DNA of 64,000 nucleotides from Clostridiales bacterium (lineage in GTDB: Bacteria; Bacillota; Clostridia; Christensenellales; JAISNN01). The translations under genes were made by a program, and so were the position numbers. The DNA is taken from contig JAITOU010000027.1 of the NCBI GenBank assembly GCA_031289755.1, positions 5,643 to 69,642 on the forward strand. The letters are read 5' to 3'. How positions within the stretch are numbered: the stretch's first letter is position 1; each line of letters begins with the position of its first letter. Of this stretch, positions 53,628 to 63,131 are shown piece by piece. The notes under the pieces are model-generated. The model searched no databases. It saw only the letters and a program-made list of their open reading frames with translations, and had not been told where the DNA came from.

Positions 53628-53857
53628 AAATTATACGACGGACTCGAAATCATAAAACCGACGGACTTTATCAAAAAATATGTAAAATAAAAAGAGAGTA
53701 TAAATCTAAATACTCTCTCTTTTTTTTAGCTCATGAGTAGGGTAGATTGTAGCTACTTATTTGTTTTCTTCTCTAAGGTAAGCATAAACGGACAAAACAA
53801 AACCGCTCGCTTTCGCGAACGGCTCTGTCTTTTTATGATGGGATTTTGGAGGTCTTG

Positions 53858-55819
53858 TTATCTTTTGGCGGCTATTACTTCTTCAAAGATAGCTATTGCT
53901 TCTTCGTCGCCGAAGTATATTATCACGCCTAAGGAAGGGGATACGGTGTAGCTCTCGGCCGGGTCTATAAAGCTCTCTGCACCGGCTGTATTTGCGGTCG
54001 CGGTAGGACCGTAGTAGTATTTGATAGTGATAGACAGGTCGTCTTTTGTAAAGACAAGCGTTCTGTCGAGCTTACTGAGAGTGCTTACGAGAGTATAACC
54101 TTCTGCGAGATATGCGTCAGACAGTCCTGTCTTTTCAAAGAAGAGTGCAAGGGTGTTGAGAAGGAAAACTCTTTGTATATTACTGGCATTAGCAACTTTC
54201 TCTTCCGTATTTTCCCAAGTCAATTCGGACTCGAAGGTATCGACTATACCGCCCTCGACAGCTTTATTCCATATAATAAGGTTTGGAACGCACATCTTTG
54301 TATATGAAACGCCGTTGATGGTATAAGCGGCGGTTGAGCCGGTCTTACCGGACTCTTTCTGCGTGTAGCTGCCGGTAAGATTCCATAGACTTGTAAACCC
54401 TACAAAATAATTTGCGATAAGGTTTGCATAGAGTATGGCATGCGCGCCTGCGGTTGAATTTGAAGCGGCGGAGTCAGTATTGCGGATATTAAGGTTACTT
54501 GTCACTCCGTCAAGACGCGGGTCGAACATATAGATTTTGCCTTGATAGTTGATTGCTTGGGCGGCTTTTTGTATTTCCACAAATATAGCCGTAGTATTAG
54601 GACACCATATTCCTCCGAAGAAGATTAGGCGTTCGCCGTCCGCTTCGAGCAAGGCTATCAGCTCCGCATAAGAAACCGTTACAAAATAATCGTTTGTAGT
54701 GAGATGTGTGCTGCTGGTTCTGACCGTGAACGCGTCGAAAGGCTTTAAGCTCTCCGTCACATTGTCAAAGAGTGTACGAAGCTCGGCTTTGTAAGCGTTT
54801 ACCGTGTTAGAATCTGCGTCGCTTGTAAAGCGTGTATCTACTTTGCCTTTGATTGTCGCCGTTGTACCCGCTGCGGCTTTTGTAAAGACGACAAGGAGAG
54901 GGGTGACAACCGCAGTAGTATTGTTTGCCGTGAGCTTTGTACCGGAGATTCCTGTGTTTATCGCACTCAAAGGAGTTACACTTGAAGATATTTTGAAATC
55001 CTTGATATCAAAATTGTTGTACAGATAATCTTTGCTTGAATAATTATAGCCGACTTGTCCTGCATTTGTACCTGTGGCGATAAGTCCGTCAGTACCCGTA
55101 AGATTGGCTATAATACTTTGCGAGAGATTGCCGTCGATTTTTGTATCGAAGACATAAACTTTGTTGATGCCTTTTTCTTTGGCTATCTCGTCGATGTACT
55201 GTATAACGCCTTGCGTATATAAGTCCCATGCTCCGCCGAAGAGAACGATGTAGTCGCCGGCAAGAGTGTTACCGTTGGTCAAAAGGGTGATAAGGTCATT
55301 GTATACGAGCGTTTGGAATACGTTTACATTCTTTACGCCTTCAAAGACCGACTGATAATAATTGAAAGGAAGGGAAGCTGTTCCGGCACCGGTTTCATCG
55401 TCGTCACCGTCGCCGGTTTCGTCGTCGCCGTCGCCGGTTTCGTCGTCACCGTCACCGGTTTCGTCACCGTCGCCGGTTTCGTCGCCGTCGCCGGTTTCGT
55501 CGCCGTCACCGGTTTCGCCGCCGTTGTTTTCTATCGGTATCCATTTAGGTACTAATGTGATGTTGGAGATTATCTTGGTGTCCGAAGCGAAAGCCGTTCC
55601 GTCCTCGTACTGCCAACCGCCGAATGTAAAGCCGTCTTTTGTCGGCTCTTCGTCGGGTAAGGTCACCGTCTTGCTTGCTTGTACGGTGACTGTTATAGGG
55701 TCTGCGCCGTCAACGTTGAAAGAAACGATGTAGGTCTTTTTACAAGCCGACAACACTAATACGCTGATAATAACCAACGCGACTGCGATAATAAGCTTTT
55801 TTGTTTTGTTTTGTTTCAT
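53858..55819 (-). CDS. secreted lipoprotein with a Listeria-Bacteroides (Flg_new) repeat, an acidic GDGDET repeat linker and two internally duplicated ~200-aa modules
   Basis: Signal peptide plus lipobox (VLVLSAC). YIVSFNVDG...DGFTFGGWQYEDGTAF...ITLVPKW. (GDGDET)n. Paired motifs are IVLFGGAWDLYT...KVYVFDTKIDG and LIFFGGIWCPNT...KIYMFDPRLDG. Confidence 0.75.
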   Translation of the reverse strand: MKQNKTKKLIIAVALVIISVLVLSACKKTYIVSFNVDGADPITVTVQASKTVTLPDEEPTKDGFTFGGWQYEDGTAFASDTKIISNITLVPKWIPIENNGGETGDGDETGDGDETGDGDETGDGDDETGDGDDETGDGDDDETGAGTASLPFNYYQSVFEGVKNVNVFQTLVYNDLITLLTNGNTLAGDYIVLFGGAWDLYTQGVIQYIDEIAKEKGINKVYVFDTKIDGNLSQSIIANLTGTDGLIATGTNAGQVGYNYSSKDYLYNNFDIKDFKISSSVTPLSAINTGISGTKLTANNTTAVVTPLLVVFTKAAAGTTATIKGKVDTRFTSDADSNTVNAYKAELRTLFDNVTESLKPFDAFTVRTSSTHLTTNDYFVTVSYAELIALLEADGERLIFFGGIWCPNTTAIFVEIQKAAQAINYQGKIYMFDPRLDGVTSNLNIRNTDSAASNSTAGAHAILYANLIANYFVGFTSLWNLTGSYTQKESGKTGSTAAYTINGVSYTKMCVPNLIIWNKAVEGGIVDTFESELTWENTEEKVANASNIQRVFLLNTLALFFEKTGLSDAYLAEGYTLVSTLSKLDRTLVFTKDDLSITIKYYYGPTATANTAGAESFIDPAESYTVSPSLGVIIYFGDEEAIAIFEEVIAAKR

Positions 55820-56032
55820 TTTGTTGCTCCTCCTTAGGTTTATTTATATTATAGTATATTGATATCGGGAATAAATAATGATTAACATATATATTTGATA
55901 TTTAATATCTAACATATATGTTTTGTATGTTTTATACATTATATTCAATACATAATTAAATGTCAAACGATTTTACGGTGTTTTTTAAAATAAATAAAAT
56001 ATTTTTTTGTAAGTGATTCTTTAATAATAGGG

Positions 56033-56142
56033 GATATTCAAAAACATCATAAATCCTTATAGTAGTCAATATAAGAGAGCATTTCGGTATTTAATATAGT
56101 AGATATTCAAAAATGTCATAAATCCTTATCATCATCAATATA
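56033..56142. repeat. 41-bp direct repeat x2 (69-bp period) upstream of the DUF3794/LysM gene
   Basis: gatattcaaaaacatcataaatccttatagtagtcaatata at 56033-56073 and gatattcaaaaatgtcataaatccttatcatcatcaatata at 56102-56142. Confidence 0.85.
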
Positions 56143-56184
56143 TTATTCTATATAAATAACTAATTCCGAAGGAAGGTTTAAAAA

Positions 56185-57693
56185 ATGGCGGACGAATTGA
56201 AATACGGTGAAATCAAGACGCAATACAAAAAGCTTGTCGCATCGTCGCAAGTAATGGTCGATTTTAACGTCGAAAGCAAAGACGGCAAACGAATAACAAA
56301 GATTCTTTCGATAGTCACCGACCCGAAGGTCACGGCTGTCGACGCGCTCAACGGCGAATGCGTCATAAACGGACGCGTAAACTATAAGATATTGTATCTC
56401 AACGAGGACAATGAAATAGTCAGTCTCGATTACTTTTCCGATTATAAAGACAAGATAAGCGCAAAGGAAGTATTGCCGAACAGCAGATTGACCGTCAATA
56501 CCGATATAGTAGATATAACTATCAACGAAGACGGCATTATCTCGATTTCGCTCGTCATCGAAAACAACGTCTATGCGATAACCCAAGAAGCCCTGCCCGT
56601 ATTAAAGGCTGTGCCGGACAATTATTTTGACGAACGCAGAACTATAACCGTACAAAATTATGCCGACACCGTCAAGAGCCTTGCGGAAGTCGTGGAAGAA
56701 GCTTCGGCGGACGGTACGGTCGGACGGATATTGATGTTCGATACGACGGCGATAATCGATAAGGTGTCGGCAGGCAACGGCATAATCACCGTAGAAGGGA
56801 CGCTTTTTGCCAACGTATTGTATACTTATTCGGACGGAAATTATGAAAACAAACAGATAACCGTGCCGTTTACCGAAGAGCAGCCGGCTCCGGCAGGTAC
56901 GACCTTGCAGGTTTTTTCTGAAGCGGAAATCAAGACCTCAAAGGTCGTATTGGCGGGAACGGAAGACAATAATATAATAAGGATAGAGGCGGCGATAGAA
57001 ATAGCTTCGACCGTCATCGCAAATCTCGAAGAGGAGGTCGTGGCGGATGTTTTTAGCATAACTCACGAGATAAATACGCATACCGAAAAGCTTGTGGCGG
57101 ACAAATACTATGACAGCGTGTCTTTTGGCGAAAACGTCGGGGGAACGATAAATCTGGAAGACAATATGCCCGCAATCAACAATATTTTGGGCTATTTGGG
57201 AGCGCGCAACAACATAGCGTCCTTAAAGTCGTCGGCGGATAAGGCGGTCGTAGAAGGAATACTCAGTCTGACCGTCTTGTACCGTGACTCCGAAGAAACC
57301 GTCAATTCGGTAGGGGTTGAGATACCTTATTCGGTCAATATAAAGGATTCGGCTATCTTTGGCGACTTTACTCTCGAAGGCAAGGGCAAGGCCGGAATAA
57401 TAAACGTCAAAAGACGCCGCGACCGCGAGTTGGAAGTATTGGCGGAGCTTCACTTCAATATCAGAGCATACGGAAAGGATACGGCACAGGTGATATCCGA
57501 AGTGGAAGAGCTTGAAGCAAAGGCGGTCAACGGCAGCGCAGTCAGCATATACAATACGGGAGAAGGGGAAACGCTGTGGGATATAGCTAAGGCTCTTTCT
57601 TGTACGCCCGACGCGGTTTTGCAGCAAAACGAAGACCTTGTTTTTCCGGTCAAGAACCCGGGAAGGGTGATGTTGTATAGAGTTTTAGAATAG
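56185..57693 (+). CDS. DUF3794-repeat protein with C-terminal LysM domain (SipL-like spore morphogenetic protein architecture)
   Basis: 502 aa of repeated beta-rich modules. The C-terminal SIYNTGEGETLWDIAKALSCTPDAVLQQNEDLVFP fits LysM. The architecture matches C. difficile SipL as I recall it. Confidence 0.65.
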   Translation: MADELKYGEIKTQYKKLVASSQVMVDFNVESKDGKRITKILSIVTDPKVTAVDALNGECVINGRVNYKILYLNEDNEIVSLDYFSDYKDKISAKEVLPNSRLTVNTDIVDITINEDGIISISLVIENNVYAITQEALPVLKAVPDNYFDERRTITVQNYADTVKSLAEVVEEASADGTVGRILMFDTTAIIDKVSAGNGIITVEGTLFANVLYTYSDGNYENKQITVPFTEEQPAPAGTTLQVFSEAEIKTSKVVLAGTEDNNIIRIEAAIEIASTVIANLEEEVVADVFSITHEINTHTEKLVADKYYDSVSFGENVGGTINLEDNMPAINNILGYLGARNNIASLKSSADKAVVEGILSLTVLYRDSEETVNSVGVEIPYSVNIKDSAIFGDFTLEGKGKAGIINVKRRRDRELEVLAELHFNIRAYGKDTAQVISEVEELEAKAVNGSAVSIYNTGEGETLWDIAKALSCTPDAVLQQNEDLVFPVKNPGRVMLYRVLE

Positions 57694-57773
57694 TATGTGC
57701 GGTGTAATACTGTGTGGAATTGCGTTTTACAGAGTATTCTATGGTGTGGGTATAGAGAAAATATTATTGTAGT

Positions 57774-57801
57774 GGCGACCCTATGTGGTCGCCCGATTTT
57801 T
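57774..57801 (+). terminator. intrinsic terminator
   Basis: ggcgacc-ctatgt-ggtcgcc followed by cgattttt. Confidence 0.6.
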
Positions 57802-57816
57802 AAAATGACCGGTTTT

Positions 57817-57880
57817 GTAGGGGCGGATTCCATATACGCCCGATTTTTTTTGGACGGGCGGATATGGAATCCGCCCCTAC
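57817..57880. repeat. long near-perfect palindrome (26-bp arms, 12-nt T-rich loop)
   Basis: gtaggggcggattccatatacgcccg-attttttttgga-cgggcggatatggaatccgcccctac, with a single arm mismatch. It lies between convergent genes. Confidence 0.9.
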
Positions 57881-57965
57881 GCGATTGTCGTAGTAGCAAA
57901 CCGCATTAGTTTTTCGCGGTTATTGAGAAAATTACAGTCGTGATTATTGTAATTGCAAAATCACA

Positions 57966-59003
57966 TTAAACTCCTTTTGAGATGCCGTGCAAAAGCTCTG
58001 CGATATGTTTGTTGGGGCTTACGAAGGGGTTGTTTTTTTGGGGTTCGCCGAGCGATTCGCGTATCATTTTGACGAGAGTGGCGGCGTTTAGATATTCTTG
58101 ATAGAGTATTTTTGCCGCGCCTTTGGCGCGGTAATATTCGGCGTTCAGGATTTGGTCGCCGCGCGACGCGTCTTTTGGCAGGGGGATAAAAATTATCTTT
58201 TTGTTGAGAGCGTATAATTCGGCGGCGGTATTTGCTCCGGCGCGTGAAACGACTATGTCGGCGGCGGCAAAAAATTCGCCGATGTTGTCGGTAAATTCGC
58301 AGGATTTGTAGCCGTCGGCTTTGATGTCGGGGTTGCCGCTCTTGCCGGCTATGTGCAGGACGTAGCCGAGCGCGGTCAATTCGTCAAGGGCGTTGTAAAC
58401 ACATTCGTTTACGGCCTTTGCGCCAAGACTGCCGCCTGTTATAAGTATCACGGGCTTGTCGTCGGGTATGCCGAGAGATTTTTTTGCGGCTGTTTTGTCG
58501 TGTCCGAAGATTTCGTCGCGCAGGGGCATTCCCGTATAGATGTACTTAGGGTCGTTCGAGTATTTTTGGTTTTCAAAGCTCAAAAAAACCTTTTTGGCAA
58601 AGGATGCGCTCACTTTGTTGGCTACGCCGAGCGTCATGTCCGATTCGTGAACTACGACGGGAATTTTGAGTATTCCGGCGGCGGTCACGGTCGGCAGCGC
58701 GGCATAGCCGCCTTTTGAATATATGATGTCGGGCTTGATGTCTTGCAGGATTTTTTTTGCTTGAAGTACGGCGTGCGGCAGGACGAGCGGAATTGCAAAA
58801 TTTTTCAGCGGCTTGCTTCTGTCAAATTTGACGGTCTCCGTGCCGAAAAAAGGAATACCGTATTTTTTTGCGATATTTTTTTCCATTCCGTTTTCGCCGC
58901 CCGTGTAATAGATTTTATCAAAATATTCTTTTAGGTAAGGTAATAGGGATATGTTGGGCATTATGTGTCCGGCTGTGCCGCCGCCCGTCAATACTATCGT
59001 CAT
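57966..59003 (-). CDS. murG: undecaprenyldiphospho-muramoylpentapeptide beta-N-acetylglucosaminyltransferase MurG
   Basis: LTGGGTAGHIMPN G-loop, ITGGSLGA and RAGANTAAEL. I prefer the ATG at 59003 (GGAG upstream) over the TTG at 59021. Confidence 0.9.
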   Translation of the reverse strand: MTIVLTGGGTAGHIMPNISLLPYLKEYFDKIYYTGGENGMEKNIAKKYGIPFFGTETVKFDRSKPLKNFAIPLVLPHAVLQAKKILQDIKPDIIYSKGGYAALPTVTAAGILKIPVVVHESDMTLGVANKVSASFAKKVFLSFENQKYSNDPKYIYTGMPLRDEIFGHDKTAAKKSLGIPDDKPVILITGGSLGAKAVNECVYNALDELTALGYVLHIAGKSGNPDIKADGYKSCEFTDNIGEFFAAADIVVSRAGANTAAELYALNKKIIFIPLPKDASRGDQILNAEYYRAKGAAKILYQEYLNAATLVKMIRESLGEPQKNNPFVSPNKHIAELLHGISKGV

Positions 59004-59276
59004 ACGCTTTTCTCCGTCCAAAGAAACTCCGCATAAATTGCGGCGTTTCCTTAAAATTATTTTGTGTTATCCTTAACATAATATGCCGTGCAGGACAAAA
59101 TGTTATTTAACCGTCTTTCTCTTGCCGAAAATCTGAAATTGCGTTTTGTAACAAATTGCCGTCTTTTTTTTAGTGCGCTTCCGATATTTTTTTAAACCGC
59201 GTTCTTAATGCTTTTTTCTGTCATTTTAACGCGTTCAAAGCAAAAAGCAAAAAAATTATTTTACAAAAGCAATCAT

Positions 59277-59305
59277 TTGCCAATATTTTACTTTTATGCT
59301 ATACT
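59277..59305 (+). promoter_or_regulatory. sigma-A-type promoter (TTGCCA-N17-TATACT, TG-extended)
   Basis: ttgcca at 59277-82, a spacer ending in tgc, and tatact at 59300-05. It lies 34 nt upstream of the pgk ATG. Confidence 0.5.
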
Positions 59306-59338
59306 TTTAGGGTAATAATTAAACAGGAGTTTTTTTAT

Positions 59339-60526
59339 ATGAACAAGAAGTCTGTAAAAGATATCAATGTAACCGGTAAGACCTGCCTTGTCAGAGTCGA
59401 TTTTAACGTCCCGATTAAAGACGGCGTTATCACGGATACCACGCGTATCGAAGGCGCGGTGCCGACCATAAAATACCTTATCGGAAAAGGCGCGAAGGTC
59501 ATCCTTTGCTCACATCTCGGTCGTCCTAAGGGTGAGTTTAATCTCAAATATTCCTTAAAGCCTGCCGCCGATAAGCTCGGCGAGTATTTGGGCGTCAAGG
59601 TCAAATTCGCCGAAGACGTCATCGGTCCGGCCGCAAAAAAGGCCAAAGCGGAGATTAAACCGGGCGAGGTCGTCTTGCTCGAAAATCTGCGTTTCCACAA
59701 CGAAGAAGAAGCCAACGACAAGGATTTTTGCAAAACCCTTTCGGAAGGCATCGACGTCTATGTCAATGACGCGTTCGGAACGGCGCACAGAGCGCACGCT
59801 TCTACTGCCGGAGTGGCTCAATACGGATTTTTGAAAACCGCCGTAGCGGGACTTTTGATAGAAAAAGAATTAGAAATAATGGGCGGCGCGCTCGAAGCTC
59901 CAAAAAGACCGTTTGTCGCGATACTCGGCGGAGCAAAGGTTTCGGACAAAATAGGCGTCATAAACAACCTTTTAGAAAAGGTCGATACGCTCATCGTCGG
60001 CGGAGCAATGGCTTATACCTTTTTGAAGGCTCTCGGCAAAAATATCGGCGCGTCACTCTGCGAAAACGACAAGACCGAGCTTGCTAAGGAGCTTATCAAA
60101 AAAGCCGAAGTCAAAAAGGTCAAATTTCTTTTGCCGGTAGACAACAAAATCGCCGACGCATTCAGCAACGACGCAAATCAAAAAATTGCGGAAGGCAACA
60201 TACCCGACGGTTGGCAGGGTCTCGATATAGGTCCTAAGACCATCGCGATTTTTACGGCGGCTATAAAGGATGCAAAAACCGTCATATGGAACGGACCTAT
60301 GGGCGTCTTTGAGTTTGAAAATTTTGCAATCGGCACAAAGTCCGTTGCGGAAGCGTTGAGCAAAATCGACGCGGTGACTATTATCGGCGGCGGCGACAGC
60401 GCGGCGGCGGTAACTCAGCTCGGATATGCCGACAAGATGACGCATATATCGACGGGCGGCGGTGCAAGTCTGGAATTTTTGGAAGGACTCGAACTTCCGG
60501 GCGTGGCTTGCTTGAACGACAAATAA
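59339..60526 (+). CDS. pgk: phosphoglycerate kinase
   Basis: [25 protein letters not shown] and [13 protein letters not shown] motifs. Confidence 0.97.
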   Translation: MNKKSVKDINVTGKTCLVRVDFNVPIKDGVITDTTRIEGAVPTIKYLIGKGAKVILCSHLGRPKGEFNLKYSLKPAADKLGEYLGVKVKFAEDVIGPAAKKAKAEIKPGEVVLLENLRFHNEEEANDKDFCKTLSEGIDVYVNDAFGTAHRAHASTAGVAQYGFLKTAVAGLLIEKELEIMGGALEAPKRPFVAILGGAKVSDKIGVINNLLEKVDTLIVGGAMAYTFLKALGKNIGASLCENDKTELAKELIKKAEVKKVKFLLPVDNKIADAFSNDANQKIAEGNIPDGWQGLDIGPKTIAIFTAAIKDAKTVIWNGPMGVFEFENFAIGTKSVAEALSKIDAVTIIGGGDSAAAVTQLGYADKMTHISTGGGASLEFLEGLELPGVACLNDK

Positions 60527-60614
60527 TCATCTATGGCTTTGGCAACACTGCGTAAATCAGATAATACATCAATAATAAATCATATTATAATAAAGAACTA
60601 AGGAGATTTTTATA

Positions 60615-61370
60615 ATGGGTGAGAGATTACCAATCATTGCCGGAAATTGGAAGATGAACAACACGATAAAAGAAACAAAAGAGCTTTTGACCGCGCTTAT
60701 ACCGCTCGTCAAAGACGCCAAAGCCGAAGTCGCCGTGTGCGTTCCGTATACGTCAATCGCAACTGCACGCAAGCTCATCAGGGGTACGAATATCAAGCTC
60801 GGCGCAGAAAACGTCCATTGGGCGGATAAGGGCGCATTTACGGGCGAGATATCGGCGGATATGCTCAAAGAGCTTAAAGTCGAGTACGTCATAGTCGGAC
60901 ACAGCGAAAGACGTCAGTTTTTTGGCGAGACGGACGAAACCGTCAACAAAAGAGCGCAAGCCGCTTTGAGCCGCAAATTGAAGCCGATTATATGCGTGGG
61001 CGAGCTTTTGTCCGAGAGAGAGAACGGCAAGACCGACGAAGTGGTCATAAGACAGACAAAGGGCGCTTTTGCCGGAATAACTAAGGGCAATTTGAAGAAT
61101 ATAGTAATAGCCTACGAGCCTGTATGGGCTATCGGCACGGGCAAAACCGCCACCGCCGAAGACGCAGACAAGACTATCGCCGTCATAAGAAAAACGATAG
61201 GCGGTCTGTACGGCAAGGTCGCCGCCGAAGCGATAAGGATACAATACGGCGGTTCGATGAACGCAAAGAACGTCACGGAGCTTATGGCAAAACCGAATAT
61301 CGACGGCGGATTGATAGGCGGAGCGAGCTTAAAGGCCGAAGATTTTTCTAAGGTTGTTTTGGGCGCGTAA
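60615..61370 (+). CDS. tpiA: triosephosphate isomerase
   Basis: IAGNWKMN, VGHSERR, AYEPVWAIGTG and GGASLK motifs. Confidence 0.97.
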   Translation: MGERLPIIAGNWKMNNTIKETKELLTALIPLVKDAKAEVAVCVPYTSIATARKLIRGTNIKLGAENVHWADKGAFTGEISADMLKELKVEYVIVGHSERRQFFGETDETVNKRAQAALSRKLKPIICVGELLSERENGKTDEVVIRQTKGAFAGITKGNLKNIVIAYEPVWAIGTGKTATAEDADKTIAVIRKTIGGLYGKVAAEAIRIQYGGSMNAKNVTELMAKPNIDGGLIGGASLKAEDFSKVVLGA

Positions 61371-61445
61371 CAATACAATATCAGACCGACAAAAATCGTA
61401 TCGCAGACTTAACGCGGACAAAAAAGTTAAGAACACGGAGAAAAA

Positions 61446-62984
61446 ATGAAAAAGAAAATGACCGCGCTTTTGATATTAGACGGCTTCGGATATACGCCGG
61501 ACACCTACGGAAACGCTATCAGAGAAAGCGGTATACCGTTTATCGGCGCAATCAAAAAGACTTATCCCTACACATATATCAAATGCAGCGGCGAGGACGT
61601 CGGTTTGCCAAAGGGGCAAATGGGCAATAGCGAGGTCGGGCATACAAATATCGGTGCAGGCAGAGTTGTTTTTCAGGAATTGGTCAAGATAGGCAAGGCG
61701 ATAGAGACCGGCACGTTTTTTAAAAACCCCGAGCTTTTGGACGCTATACGTTCGGCAAAGAACGGAAAGAGTCTGCACATCATGGGCTTATTGAGCGACG
61801 GGGGTGTCCACAGTCATATAGAACATCTCTTCGCCCTTTTAAAATTTGCCGCAAAGGAAGGAGCGGAGAATACTTATATCCATTGCTTCTTAGACGGCAG
61901 AGACGTTCCGCCAAGCTCCGGCAGAGAATACATCATCAAGCTTGAAAATTTTATAAAAGAGATAAACTACGGCAAGATAGCTACCGTCATGGGCAGATAC
62001 TACGCGATGGACCGCGACAACAGGTGGGACAGAGTCGAAAAAGCTTACCGCGCAATAGCCGACGGCGAAGGACTCTTGACCGAAAGCGCGGAAAATGCCG
62101 TCGCGCTCGGCTCGGCTACGGACGAATTTGTCGTTCCGGCAGTCATAGTCGAGAACGGACGCCCTGTCGGCGAGGTCAAGCCCGGCGACAGCATAATCTT
62201 TTACAATTTCAGACCGGACAGAGCGCGTGAGATAACCAGAGCCTTTACCGAAAAGGATTTCACGGGGTTTGTGAGAAAAAAAGGTTATATAGGAGTCAAG
62301 TACGTCTGCTTTACTCAATACGATGCGAAATTCGCCGCATTTGACAATGTGGCAGTAGCCTTTAAGCCGCAGAGTATGTCCGATATCTTCGGAGAGATAA
62401 TAAGCCGCAATAATCTCACTCAGCTCAGAATAGCCGAAACGGAAAAATACGCTCATGTCACGTTCTTTTTTAACGGCGGCAGAGAAGAGCCGTATTTAGG
62501 ACAGGACAACGTTCTCATATCGTCGCCTAAGGTCGAAACTTATGATTTGAAGCCGGAGATGAGCGCGTACGAAGTGGCGGACAAAGCGGTAGAGCTTATC
62601 GATTCGGGTAAATACGACGTTATGATATTAAATTTTGCAAACTGCGACATGGTCGGTCATACGGGCGTGATGTCCGCCGCAGTCGCCGCCGTCAAGGCGG
62701 TGGACAAATGCGCCGAAATGGTCGTGAACGCCATACTCAAAAACGGCGGCGTAGCGCTAATCACCGCCGACCACGGCAATGCGGAACAAATGTACGAAGC
62801 CGACGGCTCTCCGTATACGGCGCACACCGTCTATAATCCCGTGCCTTTTATCGTCGTAAGCCCCGACAAAAGCATCAAGCTGCGCGGCGACGGCAATCTC
62901 GCCGATATCGCCCCGACCATGCTCGACATGATAGGCATAGACAAACCGGCGGATATGACGGGAAAGAGCTTGATAATCAAATAA
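61446..62984 (+). CDS. gpmI: 2,3-bisphosphoglycerate-independent phosphoglycerate mutase
   Basis: LILDGFG, GNSEVGH, LLSDGGVHSH, NFANCDMVGHTG and ITADHGNAE motifs. Confidence 0.97.
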   Translation: MKKKMTALLILDGFGYTPDTYGNAIRESGIPFIGAIKKTYPYTYIKCSGEDVGLPKGQMGNSEVGHTNIGAGRVVFQELVKIGKAIETGTFFKNPELLDAIRSAKNGKSLHIMGLLSDGGVHSHIEHLFALLKFAAKEGAENTYIHCFLDGRDVPPSSGREYIIKLENFIKEINYGKIATVMGRYYAMDRDNRWDRVEKAYRAIADGEGLLTESAENAVALGSATDEFVVPAVIVENGRPVGEVKPGDSIIFYNFRPDRAREITRAFTEKDFTGFVRKKGYIGVKYVCFTQYDAKFAAFDNVAVAFKPQSMSDIFGEIISRNNLTQLRIAETEKYAHVTFFFNGGREEPYLGQDNVLISSPKVETYDLKPEMSAYEVADKAVELIDSGKYDVMILNFANCDMVGHTGVMSAAVAAVKAVDKCAEMVVNAILKNGGVALITADHGNAEQMYEADGSPYTAHTVYNPVPFIVVSPDKSIKLRGDGNLADIAPTMLDMIGIDKPADMTGKSLIIK

Positions 62985-63131
62985 AAATAACCGACCGGAT
63001 TGTGGCGTTTATGTAAAAATTGAAATACAACGCTAATTTAGTTGCTAATTTTTATATATTCGGTTAAAATATTAACGATAAAAACAACAATACAATTTTG
63101 ATAAAAATGAAATTATTTTGGAGGAAAATAA

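Noticed and set aside
53624-53737. 37-codon ORF overlapping the AbrB-type gene stop (ATGA): a toxin gene?
   Set aside because: It is too short, has no recognisable toxin motif, and its 3' part is the terminator hairpin (agagagta...tactctct plus a T-run). It is recorded only as a possible remnant under the Fic-islet finding.
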